Shown here one piece after another: positions 38,540 to 47,658 of a DNA stretch of 64,000 bases. Source of the DNA: Candidatus Zixiibacteriota bacterium (lineage in GTDB: Bacteria > Zixibacteria > MSB-5A5 > GN15 > JACZUZ01); the NCBI GenBank assembly GCA_024280835.1, contig JAJRPJ010000006.1:358098-422097 (forward strand). The letters run 5' to 3'. Both the position numbers and the translations under genes were made by a program. The notes under the pieces are model-generated. The model worked only from the letters and a program-made list of their open reading frames with translations, did not search any database and was not told the origin of the DNA. Numbering within the stretch: the first letter of the stretch is position 1; each line of letters opens with the position of its first letter.

Positions 38540-40321
38540 GTGGCTCCCCCTCGGCGAATACCTACAAAAGCAGAATTACTGCGACTACAGCGTCAGTTCA
38601 AAACTGATACGCGTATCGCAGAGCGGTTAGGTAATGTCACGCCCTATCTGGTTTCCTATTGGCGCCGTAAACGCAATGTCCCCAATTACAGCGCCCCGAA
38701 ATTTTCCGAAAAAGATATCAATATCCTCTGGGAGCGCTTTGGCGATGATGATCGCTGTGGCACAGAGCTTGGTGTTTCCAAAGCAGCTTTTTATAGCTGG
38801 CGCAGACGTTATGGAATAAAAAGCAAACCAGCTTTCCTCAAATTGGAGCAAATGGAATTTCCATTTCCTGGGGATGGCGCCACTCGTTCTGTATCTAGCA
38901 ATCAAGGCACACGCCCAGCCACTCATAAGCTCATTTTCAACAAATACAGTCATCGCAAAGAGAATAACAAAACGTACAACAAGACTAAGTCCAACAAGTC
39001 CAATAATCTCAAAGGGGCTCTGACAACTGTTGTTCCCGATTTGTTGGTAATCGACGATCCTTTTACCCCTGTAATTTCTGATTACATAGAGGACAACAGC
39101 AAGCCAGCTTTGCCATCTGAGCGTTTGGCGTTTCTTCTCAACGGTAGTGGTGAGGGAGGGCAGCACAAAAGCTCTTTGAATGGCTCTGCAGTCAATGGCG
39201 CTGTTTTTGAATGGATTAGGAAAAGACAAATTCGGCAGGCCTTTAGTATGGTTGATGGATGTATGTGGGATGCTCTCTCTGAGACAGGTAGCGTCTTGCC
39301 TGGGCAATTGGTTGTTTGTCAAAGAGGACAAGAGCGTTTCGCTGGCGCTATTGGCGCTTTGGGTTGGTGGCTCGCTGACTCCGACTTGGTCTCCGTTCTT
39401 GAAACTGGCAAACTAGATATCCAAGCGCCGAATGTCGTGCGCGTAAATATCTCGGGCAAACGCTATGCGCCGATTTCCGCCACTGACATTGTTCTCAACT
39501 TGGCGAGTAACCTAACAGAGAAAAAATACACAGATGCCGTTTTGGAATACACAGGAGCGACCCTAGTGAGCATGCCGATTGCCGATAGGCAGACATTGTG
39601 TTCAATAGGATCCCTAGTCGATGTCCGTTCGGCGCTGACGCCCTGCGATACATTAACACTGCGTCACATTGCGACATTAGGTAACTGGAGTTTCGATCAA
39701 ATCTCGCCAGATAGAGATGCTGAGTTCGTAGATTCGTATCAACTCAATATTGAATCAGTCAAACCGATGGTGGCAATCAAGCATGCTGGAGCGGGAGCCA
39801 AACAAATCACTCAGCAATCACAATTGTCGCTCGAATCAAATGAAAGCTCCAACGGCTCATCTACAAATCAATCCGCTAGCGAACCACAGGCAGCCCTGAA
39901 TGTAACCTTTCATGCCGCACAGGAACTTGAGCTCCTTGAGATTGATGTTGCCTTCATTGGCGGAAATCCTGGTGGGCATTATGAATCGCTGCGAAAAGCC
40001 GCCGAAGCGCTGCATGGGAAGAAAGTTTCCAGCGGTGTGCGACTACTCGTTTCACCTATTTCGCAGAGTGTCTATTTGCGTTGCTTGAAGCGTGGAATCC
40101 TGCGCCAGTTAATTGAATCAGGAGCGATTATTCTCAATGCAGGTGTCAGCTCGTCATCTCTCGGCGCTTTTGGCATTAGCCCGAATGCCCGAATCGCTAC
40201 CGCTTCTGTCGAGCCTTTGTTCTCTTCGACTGCGCATACAGTGGATCGCTATATTGTCTCTCCGCTAACTGCGGCTGTTTCGGCGGTTAATGGACATCTG
40301 CTTGACCCACGTGGCAATTAG
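38540..40321 (+). CDS. fusion protein: two N-terminal HTH-like motifs + low-complexity linker + degenerate (Cys-less) aconitase/LeuC-like domain
   Basis: IAERLGNVTPYLVSYWRRKRNVP and CGTELGVSKAAFYSWRRRYGIK are IS3-OrfA-like HTH motifs. The C-terminal ~400 aa are colinear with LeuC, but with QRGQE for GDSHT, IGGNPGG for IGSCTNG, GVSSSSLG for GCxxCLG, and TASVEPLF for STSNRNFEGR. GTG start. Confidence 0.7.
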   Translation: MAPPRRIPTKAELLRLQRQFKTDTRIAERLGNVTPYLVSYWRRKRNVPNYSAPKFSEKDINILWERFGDDDRCGTELGVSKAAFYSWRRRYGIKSKPAFLKLEQMEFPFPGDGATRSVSSNQGTRPATHKLIFNKYSHRKENNKTYNKTKSNKSNNLKGALTTVVPDLLVIDDPFTPVISDYIEDNSKPALPSERLAFLLNGSGEGGQHKSSLNGSAVNGAVFEWIRKRQIRQAFSMVDGCMWDALSETGSVLPGQLVVCQRGQERFAGAIGALGWWLADSDLVSVLETGKLDIQAPNVVRVNISGKRYAPISATDIVLNLASNLTEKKYTDAVLEYTGATLVSMPIADRQTLCSIGSLVDVRSALTPCDTLTLRHIATLGNWSFDQISPDRDAEFVDSYQLNIESVKPMVAIKHAGAGAKQITQQSQLSLESNESSNGSSTNQSASEPQAALNVTFHAAQELELLEIDVAFIGGNPGGHYESLRKAAEALHGKKVSSGVRLLVSPISQSVYLRCLKRGILRQLIESGAIILNAGVSSSSLGAFGISPNARIATASVEPLFSSTAHTVDRYIVSPLTAAVSAVNGHLLDPRGN

Positions 40322-40452
40322 ATTGTTTTGCTCACAGTCTAACACTTTCCAACCGATACTATTCTCATAGCAGCATCTCTTCTACACACTGATTTTAACA
40401 CGTGTGAAATCAATTGTTAGGTGTTTCGTTATGAACATCGCAATCGAAAGGT

Positions 40453-40887
40453 ATGATTATGGGTCAGCGATTGATTACTTGGACTATCGGCGCGTTATTT
40501 TCACTTGCTTTTTTTAGTGTACTAATGTCAAAACTTTCGACTACAGGCGTACAGATTCCCTCTCTCATGGCTCGACCAAATTACGTCCCTGAAACAGCAG
40601 TTCAGCGTATCGCCGCGCGGATATGGTTCGATTGTCAGAAATCAGAGGACGGAAATCCGAATCATTTCGAAGTGACCATCTACGACGGAGATACAGCTCA
40701 AGTTCGCATGCGAGAGGACATAGGCTTCCCAACTGAAATAGTTGCCATTGGAACTTACGAGCTCTCAGGTCCAGCGGTCACTCCAAGCGAATTACGCCAT
40801 CTCTTCCACTTTTATGACGGTGAAATAATCTATCTCAAGAACGGCGAAGACCTGACCCAAGTCTTTGACATGTCCTCCAACTGGTAG
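40453..40887 (+). CDS. hypothetical membrane-anchored protein
   Basis: Single N-terminal TM segment (ITWTIGALFSLAFFSVLM). No recognisable domain. Confidence 0.5.
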   Translation: MIMGQRLITWTIGALFSLAFFSVLMSKLSTTGVQIPSLMARPNYVPETAVQRIAARIWFDCQKSEDGNPNHFEVTIYDGDTAQVRMREDIGFPTEIVAIGTYELSGPAVTPSELRHLFHFYDGEIIYLKNGEDLTQVFDMSSNW

Positions 40888-40906
40888 TCGCCCTGCCAGA
40901 ATTATC

Positions 40907-40935
40907 TTGACAGGATTTCTGCTATGAGTTATTAT
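40907..40935 (+). promoter_or_regulatory. near-consensus sigma70-type promoter
   Basis: TTGACA (40907-40912), exactly 17 nt, TATTAT (40930-40935). Predicted start near 40942. No ORF follows. Confidence 0.55.
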
Positions 40936-40941
40936 TATTGT

Positions 40942-41825
40942 GTAGGTGGAGAATTCCCTCATGTAGTGCGCTGTGCGTTGACTATGTAGTTGTAACGGCG
41001 TTTTCAACGAGCCTCAGAGTTCAGATAAATCCACCTACAACCCCACCCTCTCAACCTGAATCTCTAGACTTAACATTTTCAAGAGTTTTTATTTGCGCTG
41101 AGTCCCTCCAGCAGACTTTTGCAAAACATTTCCTCACGCTCTGACACCTGGAAGTTGTACCGTTGCAGAATTGCGTAATTCACAGTCGCGTATGGCATTC
41201 TCGCGCATATCGCAGAGCAACCTTAGATATTTGATGTTGATTATCACCCCCGGCTAACGCCGAGTTAGTGGTCAACCATCTCTCCCTCAGGAAGGAGGCG
41301 TGTTATGAGGTAGTTGAGTGTGGTGGAGATTTTCTCTCTGTCACAAAGCGAATGTTCTCCAGTCGCAGTCTTTACGGAAATTCAACTGTGACAACTAGTT
41401 CAGAACATTCGTCGGTTGGTTGTTGCTATGCCATGTGGCAGTATTCTAAATCGGCCCAGAATCCTGTTCCACAGGCTTAGCGCGGCGCTTCAGTTGAAAC
41501 TTGCTGTAGCGCAATCGAAAGACAATCAGCCCAGTATCCCATTAGACATTAGTTGATTCTAACATGGAGTTTTTGTCGATGGGTATTTTGAGGTAGAGCT
41601 AACTACAAATGTTCGCTACGAGAGGAGTGAATATTGTAGTGTGTGGCGCTACCATTTACAAAAGCGATAGAACAAGTGTGAACCTATTTAGCCTTACTTC
41701 AGAATGGAAATACAGTTCTGAAATCGCATCTGGAAAACTCATAGCTAGGTCACACAACTAAATCGCACTTTGATCCGCAAATCGAAGCTCCACCGGAATC
41801 GAAACTGATTCCGGTGGTTTTTTTT
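40942..41825 (+). ncRNA. candidate long non-coding RNA (unknown class), bounded by the promoter at 40907 and the terminator at 41790
   Basis: No ORF longer than 70 aa in any frame. A perfect 10-bp helix pairs 40941-40950 with 41030-41039. A helix of 11 pairs joins 41348-41358 to 41402-41412 and encloses 41362-41368/41386-41392. A hairpin pairs 41698-41704 with 41716-41722. A strong terminator closes the unit. It might instead be two shorter RNAs. Confidence 0.4.
41790..41825 (+). terminator. strong intrinsic terminator
   Basis: CCACCGGAATC (41790-41800) / GATTCCGGTGG (41807-41817), 6-nt loop, then T8 (41818-41825). Confidence 0.9.
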
Positions 41826-42040
41826 GCTCATGAGACTCTATGAACTTTCAAATAGTAGAGCTTTATGGCACAAAGTACGCTGACGCGCATTATCCCTCGC
41901 GATCTCCCTACATTGTGGGGTGTATCCCATAATTTCGAGTATGTGAACCATGTTTATGGCTAACCTCTTGGAAGTAATCTATGATGTATGCTCTTCTAGC
42001 ATAACGGCTTAAGTTGGAGAGACTCTCTATCAATACCTCT

Positions 42041-42056
42041 TGGCGCCACACTTGCA
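42041..42056 (+). promoter_or_regulatory. sigma54-type (-24/-12) promoter candidate
   Basis: TGGCGC-CACAC-TTGCA against the consensus TGGCAC-N5-TTGCA. The GG and GC spacing is exact. It lies 100 nt upstream of GTG 42156. Confidence 0.5.
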
Positions 42057-42155
42057 ATAGGAGAGCGTGTCACACAAAGCATGAGAATATTCATGCTCTA
42101 ATGACAACGACGCTATACGAATGCAACATCAGCGGTTTGATAGAGGAGGCGCCGA

Positions 42156-42401
42156 GTGCGAGTAAAGTTTACATTGACGATGGATGATGTGACAGTCAAT
42201 GATAATGACATTGATTGCATTATTATTGACTGGATCGACGATATCAACGAACAAGAAGTCGTTGCTTTGTCACATCGTTGGATTTCTACACAAAACTTCC
42301 TGAGTCAGAGCATGGAAGGGCTCTCCAGAGTCGGTGAATCATCACTGACAATTGAGCCAATGGATTCTGATGCCCCAGATTCAAATTCACCACAACTGTA
42401 A
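42156..42401 (+). CDS. small acidic hypothetical protein (81 aa)
   Basis: GTG start 6 nt after GAGGAGG. Asp/Glu-rich. Followed by a hairpin terminator. Confidence 0.5.
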   Translation: MRVKFTLTMDDVTVNDNDIDCIIIDWIDDINEQEVVALSHRWISTQNFLSQSMEGLSRVGESSLTIEPMDSDAPDSNSPQL

Positions 42402-42444
42402 CTGACACACCTGCCGATACAATTAAGTAAGCACACAGACGAAA

Positions 42445-42497
42445 CCAGATGACTTCCTCGAAAGAGGACAGTCATCTGGTCGTCTTTGTGTTTTGTG
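42445..42497 (+). terminator. hairpin terminator after the 81-aa ORF
   Basis: CCAGATGACT / AGTCATCTGG outer stem, inner TCCTC-GAAA-GAGGA, then a T-rich TCGTCTTTGTGTTTTGTG. Confidence 0.65.
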
Positions 42498-42539
42498 TCT
42501 CAACCTGAAACATGACGCGACTTTAGACAAGGATAACAG

Positions 42540-43004
42540 ATGTTGGCAACATTCATGACATTCACAGGAGTCAAAGGGATTCTAACGACCCTTGGCGATA
42601 ATACCATTGGGTTTTATCGAGCGTTCCTGTCCGCAGATTCTCCTGCCACTGAGAAAATTGTTGAGAAAGTCGCCGAGCAAATCTCCGAAAAAGTCTCAGA
42701 AAAAGTCGCCGAATTGGCTGGCGTAGATTCCTCGTTTTTAACTGAACTATTTGAGAGTGTCAAAACCTTCATAGTCGATCGTTTTGGTGAGCCTGGACTC
42801 TATGCCGCCTATATTGCCACAGCGGCAATCACTCTCTTCATCCTCACCAAATTATTCAAAATCTCATTTGCAATCTTGAAACTTGTTGTTGTGCCGTCCA
42901 TAGCTTTGGCCTTCGCCGCCACACTTGTTCTGCCACAGAACTTCTTCTATTTTCTACCAGTAACCGTTTCCCTGTTTTCTATTTTGCTACTGTTTCGTGG
43001 CTAA
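42540..43004 (+). CDS. hypothetical membrane protein (amphipathic EKV-repeat N-terminus, two C-terminal TM segments)
   Basis: EKIVEKVAEQISEKVSEKVAELAG repeat. Hydrophobic stretches AAYIATAAITLFILTKLF and VVPSIALAFAATLVL...FSILLLF. Confidence 0.5.
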   Translation: MLATFMTFTGVKGILTTLGDNTIGFYRAFLSADSPATEKIVEKVAEQISEKVSEKVAELAGVDSSFLTELFESVKTFIVDRFGEPGLYAAYIATAAITLFILTKLFKISFAILKLVVVPSIALAFAATLVLPQNFFYFLPVTVSLFSILLLFRG

Positions 43005-43240
43005 CCCAGCAATACCCACTTAGCTCCCATAAGCATGGGGAGCGCCCTATCATTTCTTCATGATTTATCCTTTCTGATGTCGCGCTCCTGTCGCCGTATC
43101 TGACTGTGGTTTAGCTGCTTGCAAATATTATGTCAGCATGGCGCCACCCTTGCACTAATACATTTCGATTACATCTGAAACACGATCATTTGAGCGTCAA
43201 TAAACAACTTCGACTCAGGTGTTTTGAGGGGAATATCGAA

Positions 43241-43897
43241 ATGACTGCACAAGAAATAACCACACAGAACCAGACGACAGCCAAGTCAAAAAGCCGTCAG
43301 AAAAAGAGCGCAACTCCAGCCATTCCAAATGGAACCAGAGGGCGCGTTCGACGCAAAGCTAACAGCGCTTCAAATTCACAAAACTCTGCTACTCAACAAG
43401 AGATAGAATCTCACGAAAGCGCTCTCAGCAATGCAGAGACTGTCTGTATCAACTGTGGCGGCGATTTGTTATTCCTTGAGGAAGCGCGCTTGTGTCCCAA
43501 GTGCAACAGTGAAGCGACTGTCACTATGCTCAGCGAATACGCGCCAGTTATTATGGAGTCAGCTGAAATGGATCGTGGCTTTATCGAATGCCCAGGAGCA
43601 ACCATCTTTGATTCAGAAACTGGTGAGCCGCTTGAAGGCGCGGTCTTTGGCGATAACACCAATGAGGGCTACAAAGTCAAGCATATGAAGTGGCCAGTTT
43701 TCCCTCCCGGGCACAAAAAACGCCGCATGATACCCACTGAGGCCTTTGGTAAGATACGCCGCTGTCGTACCTGTCAGGACTATACGGTGCGAATGAGACG
43801 CAAGGAGGGGGCTGATTTTTGTGCTCCTAGCTCCAAATTCCCTCGCCGCAAACGGCTCAAAAGTGTCGATTTGGTTAGTCATCGTCAGCCACTTTAA
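43241..43897 (+). CDS. hypothetical basic protein with zinc-ribbon CxxC pairs
   Basis: CINCGG...CPKCN and CRTCQD...FCAP. Lys/Arg-rich ends. ATG 43241 follows GAGGGG. The track start at 43130 is less likely. Confidence 0.5.
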   Translation: MTAQEITTQNQTTAKSKSRQKKSATPAIPNGTRGRVRRKANSASNSQNSATQQEIESHESALSNAETVCINCGGDLLFLEEARLCPKCNSEATVTMLSEYAPVIMESAEMDRGFIECPGATIFDSETGEPLEGAVFGDNTNEGYKVKHMKWPVFPPGHKKRRMIPTEAFGKIRRCRTCQDYTVRMRRKEGADFCAPSSKFPRRKRLKSVDLVSHRQPL

Positions 43898-44052
43898 GCG
43901 TCAAATCAACTCAGACAAAAGACCCACAAAAAGGCGCCATAAAAAGCGCCTAATATTCCTATCACATTTCTCATAACTTATTAAGTAACAACACAGTAAG
44001 TCTGGTGTTTCCGCTTGCGGAAAGCATTGTTTTTTCGTACTTTTCAGATGTT

Positions 44053-44376
44053 ATGGAGAGACGAAGAACAAATACACGCGCCCGCAAAAATGATTCGGAA
44101 GCTACTCCATTAGGTGGACAAATACTGCGCGTGATGTCGGGCTTTGGATATCGCAAAAATTTTCTCGGTTGGCGTGTGGTCAGCTCTTGGAAAGAAATTG
44201 CTGGAGAGCGAATCGCCAAGATTTCATCGGCGACTCGCTACGCCGACAAAGCGCTCTATGTCAAAGTAGAAAATCCTATGCTCAGACAAAACCTCAGCAT
44301 GGAAACCGATCTGCTGCTTGCAGAAATTAAAAAGTTCGCTGGTAGTGGAATAGTGGAGAGGATTCATTTCCACTAA
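44053..44376 (+). CDS. DUF721 (DciA-like) protein
   Basis: WKEIAGERIAKISSATRYADKALYVKVENPMLRQNLSMETDLLLAEIKKF pattern, and the classic position immediately upstream of gyrB. Confidence 0.7.
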   Translation: MERRRTNTRARKNDSEATPLGGQILRVMSGFGYRKNFLGWRVVSSWKEIAGERIAKISSATRYADKALYVKVENPMLRQNLSMETDLLLAEIKKFAGSGIVERIHFH

Positions 44377-44505
44377 GTTGTTGCACAGCATTGTTACAAG
44401 AATGTTGTTGCAAAAACGTTGTTACGAAGCGTGACGACAAAATACGAGAATTGAATTAGTATTACATTTCAGATCTGCCAACCATAGTGACAGGCCGAAA
44501 AGTAG

Positions 44506-46503
<1,998 letters not shown>

Positions 46504-46543
46504 GTTTCAAAAAAATAAGCACAGTAAAGAGATAAGTACAAAG

Positions 46544-46583
46544 AAGCAGGGCAGAACAATAAAAAGTTCTGCCCTGCTTTTTG
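46544..46583 (+). terminator. intrinsic terminator after gyrB
   Basis: AAGCAGGGCAGAAC / GTTCTGCCCTGCTT 14-bp stem running into TTTTT. Confidence 0.9.
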
Positions 46584-46646
46584 TTTCGGAATACTTCTTA
46601 GTTGTCTTTGGAACTAGTCTCAAAGAATCAAGTGAGAGCGCCTAAC

Positions 46647-46698
46647 AAAAAAAGCCCCTGTCCTTATCCGATTGTTCCGCAGTCGGATGACAGAGGCG
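46647..46698 (-). terminator. long hairpin with a T-run on the minus strand (terminator of an unassigned minus-strand transcript)
   Basis: GCCCCTGTC...ATCCGA / TCGGAT...GACAGAGGC composite stem at 46654-46697. An A7 run at 46647-46653 on the + strand gives U7 after the hairpin on the minus strand. Confidence 0.55.
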
Positions 46699-46843
46699 TT
46701 TTGTGAGGCAGCAAATGTTTTGTTTTCACTACCAATTTGAGAACCACTCTTCTACTTGATGCTCTATGTAAACCCATTCATGTGTACCCACTTTGAAGAA
46801 AACTAGCGGGCAAACAATCCAGGAGACTTGTTACCTTCTTTAG

Positions 46844-46890
46844 TGTCAGCTGTCAGTGTTTGACTGTCAGTGTCGACTGTCAGCGTCGGC
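46844..46890. repeat. short tandem array of TGTCAG-containing 13-14-nt units
   Basis: TGTCAG at 46844, 46851, 46865 and 46878. Units are TGTCAGTGTTTGAC, TGTCAGTGTCGAC and TGTCAGCGTCGGC. Confidence 0.7.
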
Positions 46891-47040
46891 GCTCTCTTCT
46901 CTGGCGCCTTCATTTGTTTCTACGCCAAAGCAGGTAACTAAGTTCCGAGTAAGTTCAAGGCAGTGTCAAAAAAGCATAAGAGCTTATCAAACAAGAGGAT
47001 AATGTTCTTACTTTTTCTTGCAAAAGATATTTTTTCAAAG

Positions 47041-47436
47041 TTACACTTCACTATAGAGCGCAGAAACAGCCCCAGCTGGATCTTCAATAATGCAAAACCT
47101 GCCAGTGGCTCCATAATTCCTTGGACCGTCGATTAGTTTACCACCAAGCTCCAAACAGGATTTAATACTTGCATCCAAGTCAGCCACAGTGATATAAATA
47201 ATCCACCGCGCAGGAACATTGGCATTACTGCCGCGCCTATGGCACAGCCCAGCGATAGGGTTATGATTATCAGCAGTATGCAAACAGTGGTCATTGTAAT
47301 CACCCATATCAACAGGACTACTTTTCAATCCAGTGACTTTCTCATAGAATTCACGAATCTCTTCGGCGTTATCGACCGTCAAATCTATCCAGCCGATAGT
47401 ACCAACTTTTGACTCAGGCATTGTCTCTATCCTCAT
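47041..47436 (-). CDS. VOC/glyoxalase-family protein
   Basis: Paired beta-alpha-beta-beta-beta pattern (IGWIDLTVDN ... FCIIEDPAGAV). Confidence 0.55.
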   Translation of the reverse strand: MRIETMPESKVGTIGWIDLTVDNAEEIREFYEKVTGLKSSPVDMGDYNDHCLHTADNHNPIAGLCHRRGSNANVPARWIIYITVADLDASIKSCLELGGKLIDGPRNYGATGRFCIIEDPAGAVSALYSEV

Positions 47437-47658
47437 TTATGAATGTGTTTGAATTACGCTATTGAATAATACTCCAGTCCAACACGCCCAAAATTAGCGC
47501 TCTGGCGAAGCCCCTGTTATACTTTCATAAGTATTCTCTCAGGCAAAATAGTCGCCAGAAGAAAAGAAGATACTATCGAGACAGGTTAACTGCCAAGTAG
47601 GGCGACAAACCGACGGACGTTTCTGAGGGCAATTGAGCTAGTTTTAAGGCAACATTTC

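Noticed and set aside
38627-39331. A 234-aa minus-strand ORF inside the HTH/aconitase-like gene. Similar shadow ORFs occur at 725-1216, 28711-29106 and 29847-30224.
   Set aside because: They have no recognisable motifs or RBS and overlap genes with clear family signatures on the other strand. I treat them as non-coding shadows.
41268-41480. A 70-aa ORF (GTG start) inside the ORF-free unit. Also the ORFs at 40938-41144 (+) and 40792-41007 (-).
   Set aside because: They have no RBS, an odd composition (Cys/Ser/Val-rich) and no recognisable motif, and they overlap predicted RNA helices. They are most likely chance ORFs.
40439-41521. An exact 12-nt repeat, CGCAATCGAAAG, at 40439-40450 and 41510-41521, plus related AATCGAAA strings near the terminator.
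   Set aside because: A single 12-mer coincidence is expected many times by chance in a 64-kb window. There is no extended similarity around the copies.
40888-42155. The idea that the ORF-free stretch upstream of DUF721-gyrB is a replication origin (oriC).
   Set aside because: I found no cluster of DnaA boxes. The best matches to TTATCCACA have 2-3 mismatches (for example TGTTCCACA at about 41463). No dnaA or dnaN is adjacent, and there is no obvious AT-rich 13-mer unwinding array.
40888-42155. The idea that the stretch encodes a known housekeeping RNA (RNase P RNA, tmRNA, SRP/4.5S, 6S, tRNA) or a common riboswitch.
   Set aside because: Diagnostic strings are absent: GGAAAGTCCGG for RNase P, GGTTCGA(A/C)TCC T-arms plus a CCA-proximal acceptor for tmRNA/tRNA, and the GGAAGCAGCC-type SRP domain IV. 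No downstream ORF exists for a riboswitch to control. This was only an eye scan, so it needs confirmation with Infernal.
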